64,000 nt of DNA from Lama guanicoe (lineage: Eukaryota): contig MU054001.1 in assembly GCA_013239625.1 (NCBI GenBank), positions 5,877,078-5,941,077 of the forward strand, written 5' to 3'. The notes beneath the pieces are model-generated. The model saw nothing but the letters and a program-made list of their open reading frames with translations. It was not told where the DNA came from and made no database searches. The stretch's first letter is position 1, and the number at the start of each line of letters is the position of its first letter. Below, in pieces: positions 1 through 22,500 of this stretch. The position numbers and the translations under genes are program-made.

Positions 1-1464
1 CACATCACTGCCTTGGTTAGAACCTCCAAAGACTCCATGTCCCCTTATGCACCAAACCTTAGCCAGGACCTGCCTTCCGGGCCCTCAGATCTGGCCCCAG
101 ACCCCACATGCGCTCTCTCCTCTGCTCAGGCTGGTACCTCTCTGACTTCTGCAAGCACTCTTGAGAAAATTACGTTCAGGCTTTGGGAGGCAGGAATCAC
201 ACACCTTGTTGCTGGCCTAAGAGATTTCTCAGTAAATACTAGACACGCTCCTGGTTCAAGCCAAAGCAAGCTACAGAACCAGTTCAAAATGGCCTGGACC
301 GCCTGGGAACTTATTATCTGATGTGACCAGAAGGCTGGGGTAAGGCTGTTCTCTGTTGGCTGATTCAGTGGCCTAGCAGGAACCCGTGATTGCTTTATCG
401 TTCTGGTCTGGCACCTACACCTGACTTTGTCCTCCGGAGTGTCCACTCAAGTTCACAAAATGGCGGCTGCAGCCCCAAGCAACACATCCCCACCCAAAAC
501 TGCCACAGTCTGGAGACAAGATCACTTTTCCCACGTGCCCCCGTGTAAGAACTAGGAGTAGTTTCCTGGCATACTCCCAGCTGAGTCTTCCTCTTGCTTC
601 ATTGCTCAGGATTGTGTCATGGCTCACTCCTAAACGAGTCGCTGGCTTAACAGGATTGGTTTGGAATAACCCAAGCCACTTAGGGGCTCCAGGCTGCCAA
701 ACATCTGAGCACAAGCAAGGAAGAGAGACAGGACCAGCTGTTAATAGACAGCCGGCTCTGTCTGATGTCCTGACTGGAGGAAAGGCAGCCTCCCAACGCA
801 CCCCGGCCTCCTTCCCCAGCTCAGTGTCGTTTCATGATGGTGGCCGCCTTCTTTGACTTATACAGGCTTTCCCTCCCTGGCCTGTCCTTACCCTTTGCTT
901 CAGCCACAGCGAGATGGCCTGTGGGACCGTGCACGTATGTGGCCATGTTGCTTCTGTCAGGACTTTGTCCCTCTTTTAGGACAAAACATCCCTCTCCACA
1001 GGTGTTTGGTTGGCTAAATCCCACCTCTCCTTAGAAATGTAGCTCCAGTGCCAACTCCTCCAGGAAGCCTTCCTTGTGGCCCTCATCTGGTGACTGTCCC
1101 ATGGCCACAGTGGAGCAGTGGGCTGACTCTGTTGTGGAGTGCCTCCCTCTGTGCTGCTGTTCTCTGGTGACCTGTCTGTCTCCGCATCTGACTGGGCGTT
1201 CCCTGAGGGCAGGGCCTGTGTCTGCGGCACTTGAAGCGTGGAGCCTGGTTTAGCACCTTTGTCCAAGTTTGTTGACTGAATGTATGATGGAGTTGTTGCC
1301 CAGCACCTTCTGCATGGCCTGGGGGCACAGAGCGTAAAGACTGGGCCCCCAATCCCAGCTCTGCCTCAAGCTTCCGGGTGATTCTGTAGGTATCATTTCC
1401 TCTATTTGGGCCTCAGTTTCCTCAGTTTGGTGCCTCCAATTCCCAAGAATCCCTGAGATCCCTC

Positions 1465-1965
1465 TTAGCCTGGGTTTCCCTGAAGGCTGAGCCTGAGACA
1501 AAGACTCGGATGCAGACAGATTATTTGCAAGATACTCCCAGGAAACAGGACCGAGGGAGCAGGAGCGTGAGACAGGGAAGGAGCAAGTGCACTGTGAGGG
1601 TGTGTCACTGAGGTCACTGTCCTAGGTCACCAGCCTCAACTCTACCCAGATCTCCTGAGAAGCTATGGAATGCTCCCAGGATTGTCCCCTGAAGTCTGAG
1701 AGACAGGAGCCTTTATCTACCAGCTCCTTTTCCATTAGCTGAGGGTTGCTCCCAAGGGCCAGAGCTCCCGTGTCTCTGGGCTGCACTGCACATGGGCTGA
1801 GTGGGCTTCCGTGGTGTGGACAAAGGTTTTGAGCGGAAAGCAGAGGGTACACGAGCTGGAACAGTATCAGTGGGATTCTCGCCTGTGACTGCCCACCACA
1901 GCTGCAACTAAACTCAAAAGTGGACTCAGGGGGCACCAGAAGTGTGTGCTCCATCCCCATCAGGG
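1465..1965. mobile_element. Old ERVL-type solo LTR fragment (LTR16/LTR33-like)
   Basis: gggtttccctgaaggctgagcctgagacaaag...ttatttg...cccaggaa resembles ERVL LTR ends as I recall them; boundaries approximate. Confidence 0.45.
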
Positions 1966-2081
1966 AAACTGTCTTGGTTTGAGGAACTGTTCGGGGGAAC
2001 CGCAACTCCTGGTTTTTGGGAGTGGGGAGAGCCTGAGTGCACCCTAAAGCCTGTTAGCCTGAAGCTTCTCCTCCATTCCAG

Positions 2082-11915
<9,834 letters not shown>

Positions 11916-12193
11916 CCTCCTTGTGCAGAGATGGCTGCTTCTCCGGAAAGTGGGGCTGCTACGTGCTCAGGAGTGCTGGTGATGGGCGGCAAGGACACTG
12001 AGGAGCAAAACTTAGAACATGGCCCTCTGTGGCCCCCCAAAACTTGAGAACCCCAGCCCTAATGAAGACTAGTTAATCAAAGGATCATGTGTCTCTTTTT
12101 AACTGATATGTTGAGAAATTTCATGTTAAGGTTTACTATAGTTTTCTGATCAGTGTTAAAAGCGTTACAAATGATGTACTGATTTTACAAAAT

Positions 12194-12199
12194 AATAAA
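12194..12199 (+). promoter_or_regulatory. ABCC11 polyadenylation signal AATAAA
   Basis: Canonical hexamer about 280 nt after the stop, followed by a U-rich downstream stretch (ctgttctgctttct). Confidence 0.7.
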
Positions 12200-12234
12200 A
12201 GTGAAAATAAGCCACATCCTCTGTTCTGCTTTCT

Positions 12235-12780
12235 ATGTTAGCTAGTCTCGTTCCACTCCAGGGAACAGAGACATCCTTAAACTGACTTCTGGGAAAAAAA
12301 AGGACTTGATTGGCTCATGTGATGCAAAGGTCCAGAAGAAGTTCTGGGTTGGGTGTCAATATCATAGGATGTCTACCTTGCAGCCTCTGCCTTTCTTCTA
12401 CTCTCAGCAATGCTTTGTTTGGCTTCTCTCTGACCTTCTCTCCTCATGGTGGCAGCATGGCTGCCAGTAGCTGTAGACTTATGTCCCACCAGCTCAGCAC
12501 TCCCAGGTCTTCTTTCTCCAGGTCTGAATATCACTGGGCCAGCTTGGGTCATGTTCTCATCCCTGAACTAGTCATGAGCAAGGCTGCTGGAATATAGCGA
12601 CTGGCCAGGCCCAGGTCACATGCCCACACTTGGGCCTGGGGATGGGGTCAGCTGCCCTGAATCACATGGATGGAGAACGGAGGGGGTGGTTTCTCCAAAA
12701 TAAAACTGGGCTGCACTTACTTCATTAACGAAAAATGGACATGGATGCTGGGCAGGCCCCCAAATAGTAGCTGTCTATTA
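12235..12780. mobile_element. MaLR (MLT1-type) LTR remnant
   Basis: gattggctcatgtga...catggtggcagcatggctgccagtagct...ccaggtcacatgcccac motifs; boundaries approximate. Confidence 0.55.
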
Positions 12781-13369
12781 TATGCTTGTTTAGAAATGGG
12801 CATAGATGGTGAAATGAAGAGTTAGTTTATAACATATGCCAACTGGAAATAAGATTAATTGTTCTTCCCCACCCCCTCACTGCCTTGCCGAGTGGTCATA
12901 GGTATATACAAACAAAGGTAATTATTTTCAATTTACTTCTAGGGCGACCTCATTGTTGTGGGGAAATATGTTTCAAGGTATTTTCCTCTTGTTTTCAGAT
13001 TATCGTGTCTGATTTTGCCAAAAGGAAAAATAAATTCAGTAAAACCAAATATTTCTCATTCTGTTGCACTGGGGGTGGGGGTGGGGGGGTTGCTGGGGGT
13101 ATAATGGTATCCTGCCCACCTGAGTAAATAGTAAACAAGTCAACAGGAGGTTCCAGAACCAAGTAACAGGGTGCAGGCGAGGGGGACAGTCAGAGCAGGC
13201 TTCCTGGTGGAAGTGAGGCTGCAGTTTACTGAGACCTGAAATATGCACAAACATTTGCTCAGATGAAGAGGGCTGGGGTAAGAAAGACCGTCCCAGGCAG
13301 AGAGAGCAGCAAACCAGTCCCTGCGGGAACGAACTGTAACTGGGCTGATGCAACCACAGGGCTTCAGGC

Positions 13370-13664
13370 TGTTACGGAAATGACAGGCCAGCCAAGAAAC
13401 AAGCACCACTCAGAGGGCTGGAGTACTCAGATGTATTACGCCGGCGGGCTCAGAGGGGCTTCTGCTCTGGAGCTCTGAGCACCTCCAAGACGTGTGCATG
13501 GGGTTTTATAGTGCATGGGGCTATTAGCCAATAAGGCTCGAACAACAAAAAGCAAGGAATCAGTACACTGGAGCTTACCTATTAGGAACAGATCACGTTA
13601 CTGACAGTTGTTGAGCTTGGATTTACGAGTTAGCTTGTTAGCCCAGCCCGGCTTTTCCTTCTCA
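13370..13664 (-). mobile_element. Probable solo LTR (ERV1-like)
   Basis: TG...CA termini (tgttacggaa...ttttccttctca); TATA-like ttttata on the minus strand; TSD imperfect. Confidence 0.4.
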
Positions 13665-14432
13665 GAGCTAGTGACACGTTACATCGCCTCTGTGCCCGTC
13701 GTGGGTTCTTAGGCACCTTCTGCTTCTTTCTCTTCCTGGGGTTTTCCCAGGTGAATGTCTTCTCTCTCTTAAAGTTCCTTTTGCCCAGTTGATCTCCTTC
13801 CGCTTCATCCTTGCCTTTCTCTTCTTGGGCTCTGAGGAGTGCCCCAGGGCCCCTCCTGCTCCCAGCCTGTCACAACTCTGCAGGGTCGCAAAGTCGATCG
13901 TCCGCAAGTTGGAGGTGAGTCCACTCGCCCTGCCCTGCCCCTTCCTGGACCTACCACAGGGCAGCTGCCTGCATCATGTGTCAGGAAGTGAGCTGAGTGC
14001 TGCTGCGCTCCATAATTGACCCACGTGTAGTTAGCTGCCTGTTTTCCTTCAGTTGGCCAGCAGATGGCAGGCTTGTCCTCACAATGCAGGGACAGCCCCG
14101 CTGATTTCAGGTCTAGACCCACAGAGAATCCACCAGGGAAATTGTTAACCCCTGAGTCAGAGGGAAAGAACTAGAGCCCATTTCCACTGGGTCTTCAGGG
14201 CCCCATCGCACCTTCCTTCACAGCAGCCTCTCTTCCTGGCGTGGTTCTCAGCCGCCGTGGCTGCACATGGGAGTCATCCAAAGTGTTTAAAAAATACTGA
14301 TTGATGTCCATTCCTCAGTGTTTTGATTTGCGGTGGAGACTGAGCAACTGGAATTTTTAAAGCTGTAAATGCACAGCAAAACTTGAGAACCATTGTCTCC
14401 AAGCAGCAATAAAGCAGAACTGTTTGAAAAAT

Positions 14433-14434
14433 TG

Positions 14435-14465
<31 letters not shown>

Positions 14466-14503
14466 GTGTGTATGTATGTGTGTGTATATATATATACACA
14501 CAC
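14433..14503. repeat. (TG)n/(TA)n/(CA)n microsatellite
   Basis: Directly visible. Confidence 0.95.
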
Positions 14504-15387
14504 AGTATCGGTAATAGTTTATTCCTTAAGCTGAGAGATGAGTATATGAGTTTGTTTTCTTTAAATAATTCTTTATATATTTGGGGGCATCTGAAATATT
14601 TTGTGACAAAATTCAAAAGACTGATATTTGATATTTCAAAAATAATTCAAAAATAATTGTAATGAGAGGGCATAGAATGTTGCTCCACCTCTTTATGCTT
14701 ACTTAATGGTTTGCTACTGTTTGTATTTTCAGTCACATCCCTGTGGGGATGGGGAAGCATTTTCAGCGTCCAGGGGTTCTGAGGGCCCTCCTCTGTCCTC
14801 AGGACCTAGCCTCCCTCCTGTCAAGTGGAGAGGACAAGCTTCCACACAAGCTATGTGATGCGGCACACAGTGACAGCAGGTGAGCGTGCACATCAAAGGA
14901 GGAGGTAGTCCCACTGGACCTGGCCCTTTCTGGCTCTCAGTCTCCAGCTCTGGTCACTCCATTTTAAGAGAAACACTGCTAAATAGAGGCTCTTCAAAGG
15001 ACAACCACTAAGGGGTCTGAGCCCTGTTGTAAGAAAGACCAGGAAGGAAGAGGGAAGGGCTCAGAGTCTGTCTTCACTTTCCTAAAGGGCTTCTTCTAGA
15101 AGCAGCTCCAGAGGGCAGCCCCAGGCCCAAGGGCATGGATGTTCTGTCATTGGAAATGGCCCCTAGGGAGTGGCAGGGAGCTTCCCCTGGCTGGATGCCT
15201 TTTCTGATGTTGACAGCTCTCCCCTGTGTAGGGCGAGGGGCACTGCTGATGCCCCCAGGGTCAGAGAGTGTTCCCACAAGACTCAGTGCTGGCAGGGATT
15301 CTGTGTGCGAGGGGAAATCAGGTTGGATAACTTCTAGGAGGTTTCTGACTCTGGGATGCAGCTGTGAACATCATAATGCCTATGGGA

Positions 15388-15685
15388 GGGGGTTCTTAAA
15401 CTTGAATGAGCATCAGAATGGCCTGGAGGGCTAAAACATAGCTTGCTTTCTGTCCCTGCCCCCATGCTTTCTCATTCAGAAGGTCTGGGGTGTGGCTTAC
15501 AAATTTGTCTATTTTTGGTAGGGGAGGGTAAAGCTCAGTGGTAGAGTGCATGCATACCCCAGTACCTCCATTAAAAAGAAAAAATAAATTTTAAAAATTA
15601 ATTACCACCCCCTCCCCAAAATAGAATTTGCCTATCTATTAAGTTCCCAGATAGCACTGATGTTGCTGATTCTGGGGCCACACCA
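15388..15685. mobile_element. MER5A-like hAT element interrupted by a SINE
   Basis: ggttcttaaactt...gcatcagaat...ctggaggg...tcagaaggtctgggg...aagttcccag...ctgatgttgctg...ccacac. Confidence 0.6.
15521..15622 (+). mobile_element. Internally deleted tRNA-Ala-derived SINE (Vic-1-like)
   Basis: ggggagggtaaagctcagtggtagagtgcatgc joined directly to ataccccagtacctcca; TSD aatttgtctat / aatttgcctat. Confidence 0.8.
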
Positions 15686-16249
15686 ATCCAGGGATCAGCA
15701 AGGATAATCTGCTCTGAATGCTCTAGACTGGAAAGGTTCACACCCTCATTCTAATCGGTTCCCCAGAGCTTCTGTGCATCTATGACTTCTTCCTGTCCAG
15801 ACCTCTGGAGCACCTCACCGGGCCATGCAGACTCTCTTTTCTCCATCACATTGATTCAGAACTCAGCACTTCCCCTTATTCCCTTTGCGCACATAGACGA
15901 CATCAATGACCATGAAGGTCGGGCCAAAAGGGGGGAGCTTCTATCCCAGACTCCTGCACGCCACGTGCCAGTCCCCTCTGGGTTCTCTCTGTCTCCAGGT
16001 CCCAGTCCCCGATGTGGGCTACACAGTTCTTGCTGTTAAGGCCCTTTCCTGCCAAGTAAGTCATCAGGGTTTCCTAGTTTACCTCAAGAGACAGGTCAAG
16101 GCAGTTCTTGAAACAAAAACCAGCTTCTTCCCTATGACAGGTGCCAGCAGTTAAGATAATAACATTTTACCCCACTATCCTCAGTGTCCTAACCTGTCCA
16201 ACTCTATGGAATCCAGCTATGTCAGAGCAACTTCAGAGATGGCCAGTCC

Positions 16250-16730
16250 AGATGTTCTTAGCCTGTGGTCCTTGGACTCCTTGGTTAGATTCAGGGGAGC
16301 CGTGAATTTGGATAGGAAAAAATGATGTTTTTATGTTTACTAACTGAAATTCGGCATTTCCATTGATCATGAATGAGGCAACAAACTTTAATAGTACCAG
16401 TGTCACCTGTGACTTTGTCCTCACCAGAAATCACTGATGTTCTCAAATTTCGTTTCAAGTGTTTCAGATGTCTCAAAATAGCATTGATGTGCGTCACTGC
16501 TTTGAAATTATGGTGGTTGTTCGACCTACTGCTAGATCAGGTTATTTAATGCATCCATATAGAAGCATGTATATGACAATATCAAATTTTGAATTTTTCC
16601 ATGTAGTTGATAACCAGGTTTCAGTATAATTGGCTTTCTTTGCATTCTTATACATTTTATGTGTTAGAAACACTGTTCTGAGACACTAGATTGCCAAAGA
16701 GATCCATGGCACAAAAAGAGTTAGAACCCT
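16250..16730. mobile_element. Old hAT/Charlie-type DNA transposon remnant
   Basis: cagatgttcttagcctgtggtcc...gatccatggcacaaaaagagttagaaccc ends resemble hAT-Charlie terminal repeats. Confidence 0.4.
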
Positions 16731-18239
16731 CATCCAGTTCAGCACTTGATTTTATGGAAGGAAACTGAGTCCTAGACAGGGGAGGTTTCCTGCCCACAGC
16801 TACACCACTGGCTTTTAACAGGCTGGCTTGGGACTTGAATCTAAAACAAGGAGGAAAAGGAGTGAGCAAGAGGGACAGGTGAGAGCAGCCAGGGCTGGGG
16901 AGAGAGGCTTCACCCAGTACCATGGTCGGGCATCATCTGCTCAGAGCAGGGGTGATCCCCTGATGCAGTCTTTACCCTTCCCCAGTTCCTGCCACCATTG
17001 CAGCAACTCTGAGCAGGATCAGGGCAGAGCCATTTCTCATTACAGCAAAGAGGGGTAGAATTTTCTGACTTCATAATGATGTTCCCCGGACAATCCTTGA
17101 TTCCCGAATGCTTTGTTCTCTGTGCTGTCCTCTGCAACAACTAACAGAGCCGGAAGTTTCTGTTGCAGTGTGGGGGTCTCAGTCCCACTCGGCACCCACC
17201 CCTCCCCACCCCTTCTCCCCACACCCAACAACATATGTCAGGATTCTGGGTTTGCGCCTGATTCATGACTCAGAGCCCACAGATCACTACCACAAAGGTC
17301 ATGTCACATGGGACACATGCCGTAAGATTGTGTACCGTTGCTAGAGATGGCTAAGAAGAAGGAAGGAGGAAGGAAGATGTCTTCCACAATCTTCATGACC
17401 CAACCTTTTGAAGAAAAAATGTAGTTGTTCACAAAAAGCACAGTTTCCCTGTCCTGAGAACTGAGGGTCACCTTTTCCACTGGAGGGGTGACTTTGTACA
17501 CGCGGACTCAGTTCTCTAAAGACGCGCCCAGGTCTGTAAGGTGTGGAGCTGAGCTAGAGCACATGCTTTCCACCCAAGAGCACGTTCTGTGCCTTCCTAC
17601 AGGCTTGCTCGCTAATCGCTGTATGCATAATTTCTGGTTCACTAATTTATGTGAATTCCCCTTCCTGTTTTAAGAGCCCATTCAAATTCCAAATTACTCT
17701 CCCAAATCATTTGACATCAACTTTTTGTATGGTCTTCCCCCAAATGTCTCTCCTTAGTTCACAGGCAAACCAACAAAAATGAAAAACCCAAACCCTTCCT
17801 TTAGCAGGTACTTTGTGTCTTCCACCGGACAGATTCCACCAGCAGCCCAGAAGGTGCAATTCTTATTTCCTGTGAGATCTGGCTAATTGAAAAATGATCA
17901 TTCACAAATAATGACTACCATTTATTGAGTGTTTACTATGTTTAAGACACTAGGTTAAGCACTTCCCTTATCTTATCCCCAACAGATTTACAATGTTTTG
18001 AAGTGAGTGTTCTCATTTTGTAGCTGGAGAAGTTGAAATTTAGAGACTCTGAGTTCACGTGTGATTCCAGAGTTCCTATTCTTAACCACCATATGCCATT
18101 TAATTCTGTGCAACTTCACACCCTAAGTTCTGTGCTCTTCCTGGGATATTGGAGCTACGTCTCTCTGTTTGTCTGTCTCTGTGCCTCTGTGTCTCTCTCT
18201 GTCTCTGTCTCTTCCTCCCTCTGTTTTTTCTCCCCCAAC

Positions 18240-18242
18240 TTC

Positions 18243-18290
<48 letters not shown>

Positions 18291-18770
18291 TTTCTTCTTT
18301 CTTTCTTTCTTTCTTCTTTCTTTCTTTCTTTCTTCTTTCTTTCTTTCTTTCTTCTTTCTTTCTTTCTTTCTTCTTTCTTTCTTTCTTTCTTCTTTCTTTC
18401 TTTCTTTCTTCTTTCTTTCTTTCTTTCTTCTTTCTTTCTTTCTTTCTTCTTTCTTTCTTTCTTTCTTCTTTCTTTCTTTCTTTCTTCTTTCTTTCTTTCT
18501 TTCTTCTTTCTTTCTTTCTTTCTTCTTTCTTTCTTTCTTTCTTCTTTCTTTCTTTCTTTCTTCTTTCTTTCTTTCTTTCTTCTTTCTTTCTTTCTTTCTT
18601 CTTTCTTTCTTTCTTTCTTCTTTCTTTCTTTCTTTCTTCTTTCTTTCTTTCTTTCTTCTTTCTTTCTTTCTTTCTTCTTTCTTTCTTTCTTTCTTCTTTC
18701 TTTCTTTCTTTCTTCTTTCTTTCTTTCTTTCTTCTTTCTTTCTTTCTTTCTTCTTTCTTTCTTTCTTTCT

Positions 18771-18810
<40 letters not shown>

Positions 18811-18848
18811 TTTCTTTCTTTCTTTCCTTCCTTCCTTCCTTCCTCTCT
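18240..18848. repeat. Pyrimidine-only tract of about 610 bp containing 25 copies of a 19-bp unit (CTTT)4CTT
   Basis: 18297-18771 = 475 nt = 25 x 19; flanked by (CTTT)n and (CCTT)n. Confidence 0.95.
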
Positions 18849-19025
18849 GAAATACACACACATTTTAAAAAAATTTTTTAAACTTTTTTTCGAGATTGAT
18901 TGAACTATCTTTTATGCTTTTTTGGTGAAGGGCAGGAAGAGGGAGGATTTCAGGCAGAGACTGACTTTGCAATAAAAGCCCCGCAGAATCTCAGAGCTGG
19001 GAAATTGTCTAAGAGGAGTGGTCCT

Positions 19026-19565
19026 TGTTGGGGGACACTTGGCAGGGCTGGTGACACTGGCTGGTAAGAAGAATTTACCAAAGGCACGGGAAATTTTAAC
19101 AACAAATGAAAGTTTAATAGTTACGCTGCTTACAGGCAACAGCGGGCCACACCGAAAAGAGGTGCCTGGGTGTCCTGGGATCAACGTACAGGTTCTTTCA
19201 TTGGGGAAGGGGCTGTGAACACAAAGGATGGGGGACAGCCTTCCGATTGGCTACAAGTGAGATTATATATGGGAGGATAGTGGATCTACAACTCCAGTAA
19301 GCTGGAGACATGGACTGACACAGGCAAGGCCGTGGAATTTGTGACTCTGATAAGGAGGAGACAGGGGCTGAGACAAGCCGGCCTGAGCTGCGGTGAGGCA
19401 GGTCATTTCCCAGGGCTGTAGCTGTACTGAGGCAAATGCACATCCGGACTTTGTCTTCCGAAGAGCAGACGGACGCCTAAGGGCTGGAAGTTTGGGGCCG
19501 CAGGGCCTCGGCAGGCGCCAGTTGGCACCGCAGTCCTGAGACCCGGCGCTGAGCACAGTGTCACA
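19026..19565 (-). mobile_element. Probable solo LTR
   Basis: TG...CA bounded, relatively CpG-rich; gaagaatttacc...aaagtttaat layout is typical of an antisense LTR; no clean TSD. Confidence 0.4.
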
Positions 19566-22500
19566 GACCCCTGATAGAGGCTTGTACATTTCTTTACAAT
19601 GACGTGCAGCATGTGCATGTTTCTAACTGTACTTACCTATCTAGACACACGAAAAATAGAATTTTTATAAAGATGAGGACAACTTTAGAAAGGATTTCTA
19701 ATATTTTTATTCTCCTCCTGTAATCCAATGGACTTCCCCCTCCTCCAACCCCAGGGGTGTGACCACCCTGCACTGGCTTGGCTCAGCGGTGCCCTGACCT
19801 TCCGCGAGTGTGCGCTGCCCGGATGGGAGCTTGTCTGTTGTTCCCTTGAAGACTGCCTCGGACAGAGGCTGCACAGCCCTTCGCCATCAGTCCACACCAC
19901 ACTCTGTTGCCCGATAGGCCCAAAGGTCTTCCTGATGCAGGACCCACACCGTGCCTTGGTGGGAATCCACCTCTGTCAGAACTTCCATGAACATGGAGGA
20001 AAACTGCCCAGCGTTCTCCTTCCATAAACCCATCACCATTTGAATCTGTTTGGAAATTGTGAAAGTCAGCCTGTGCTGGGTTTTTCCGAGACGTCCTGGG
20101 GTGGTTGGGAAGATCAAGTGATAAAAGGAGGAAGAATTTTGTGATACACAAAGGATCCTTCAAATGTCAAGGATATTATTAGCTGTGATTTGCATTTATG
20201 AAGGAAGGAATGGAGGCAAATTAAACGGTCCCTCAGACTCACAAAAAGAAAGACTCTGCTGGCCCAGCCCACCCCCGAGGACAGGGAAGCTTCCTCGCAG
20301 GCAGGTATTCCTACATGGCAGCTGTCTACAGACCCCCCCCCCTTCCCCACCTCCCTTTTGGGCTGGAAAAGTGAGGGCAGCCTCCTCTGTGAATTACATC
20401 CAGGAGGAGCCAGGAACAGCCAGCAGGGGGAGGAATTGACCAGCAGAAGAGGAGGAAGTCTTGGCAAGCTTGAAATTCTACAGTGAAATTTGTCATAAAA
20501 TCCATGTAAATCAGGAGGAGAAGGTGTTCTAAAGTGCGTAAGGAGTTCATAAAAATGAATCCGGATTTGCTATTTCTGAGTTCAGCGAGGCTCCTCCCTC
20601 CCAGCCATTCACTGGCCGCTATGGAATCCTTCAGCTGCCTCTGAGCTTGGCCCGCGCTCTGAGCAAGACACGGAGGCCAGGCGCCTACAGGGACTCAAGA
20701 CAACGGAAAAGACCCACGTTCCAGTGTTTGAAGTGAAATAAACAGGAAACTTTGATATGTAAAAGTTAGCTGTTTGCGCCGGTTTCATTTAATTCAAGGG
20801 GGAAAAAAGCTCAAATTGACTTTTACTTTTGATTCAGTGAATGGGGAATAAATGGATAAGATTTTCACTGTTTTGAAAATTGGATGTTCCTCCATCCCCT
20901 GACCTCAGAGTCGCCTCACCACTGCAGGAATGTAGCGGGGAGATGCGAGCTATCTGGGAGGCAGGTCCCTGGGCTGGTCTGAGCCTTGCCCGGAGCCAGT
21001 CATGGAAAGCCCTCAGACCCTCAGCCTTGTCTGTAAAATGGGGGTTAGGGGGGAGTTCCCCCTCTTACATGAGGCAGTGATGTGACAGGTTGGGGAGGGG
21101 GTGGCTGTGCAAAGCACATGATGTGAGCTGTCACTGAGGGAGGGGGACCGTGCCCAGGCCCAACTGGGAGGGGGCAGTGCCCTTTAATGGGGGCAGAGGG
21201 AATGTTGGTCTGCGAGGGTTCCCTCCGCAGGCGCGGTGGGAACGGCAGTTGAATGGGGCAGTTGGAGAGGCGGGCTCCAGGCAGGAGGGACAGGGCAGTG
21301 AATCTGGGTCCCTGGAGAGAAGCAGACCCAAGCAACCACAGGCAACTCTCTCTCAGCCCCATGACTTCTGGCCCCTCCTCCTCTCCCTCCCGCCCTAAGG
21401 ACGAGAGCGTTTCCTGCGCAGGTAAACTCCTCTCTGTAGCGATCATTCCCTGGTTTGTCCCAGGACAGGCTGTGATGGGCAGCACCACATCAAGTGTGGC
21501 TGCCGGTGAGGGAGGAAGCAGAGACCTGGGGCCCCAGAGCCCAGGGGAGGCCGGGCATGGCCGTTTTGGGAGCCCCCTGCTCCATGTTGTTAAAAACTGT
21601 AATGTCAAGACAGGATTTCCAAATCAGATATACAAAAGCCTATGTAAATGAATGAATGCCCTGTCAGACACACACACACACGCAGAGTAGTGTTCACGAT
21701 TTAATCACACAATTTTTTTAAAGAGCTTGAATTCATGGTGCACTCCTGTGTGGTACACACAGGTGTAAAATGGGAGTTCTCATCTTTCTTCAATCTCGTC
21801 GGAGAATCCCTGTAACTGAGCAGGCGCCCTCTCTTAGAGACTCCATCACAGATCACTGTTTGGGGCCCCCTCCCCTTTCTGCACCCCAGGTCACGTGTGC
21901 TCTCACCTGCACCTGCTTACTTCTGTCCTCTCTCCCATCCCTTCTCCCTCTCCCACACCAGCTCTGTATCACTCATGGGACCATCACCCTGGTCTGGCTT
22001 CCCACCAGGGTGTGGGGACAGCTGGACTGGACAGACAGGAGAGGTGAGGGGCAGGGGCTGAGAAATGCTTCCCATAGCTTCTCCTCCAAGCAGAGGCTGG
22101 ACAGAGCCTGGAGGAAGGGGCTGTGGGAGGGCAGGGGAGGGCATGAGTCCTGCAGATATTGATAATTTTGGGTGGCCTTAAATTAAGAATGGATTTGTTA
22201 AGAGAGGAACAGTGGCTATAATCTCTTATCCTAGAAGGATTTCATGCTTAAGAGTGCAACTGCATTTGGTTGATGCAGGGGAGTCCTAAGGACGGATTTC
22301 CATTGTGAGCACCAAGGGAAATGGAGAATCTGATTCTCAAACAAGATATGGTTAATAGGTACTTTTCTGGGTTAGAGAAGCAGGCATGGATCAGAGTTGA
22401 GTGAAGTGGGTAGGTATGGAAAATGTTTCTTCTTGAAATGCCCTCAAGGTAGCTTTCATCCTCCCTTTTTGGAGACAGACAAAGATAGAGAAAAATGAAA

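Noticed and set aside
18297..18771. CRISPR-like regular array
   Set aside because: Units are contiguous with no unique spacers, and the context is mammalian.
18033..18903. Six long ORFs (233-282 aa) rich in F/L/S or K/E/R
   Set aside because: Translations of the stop-free pyrimidine/purine repeat in all frames; no gene structure.
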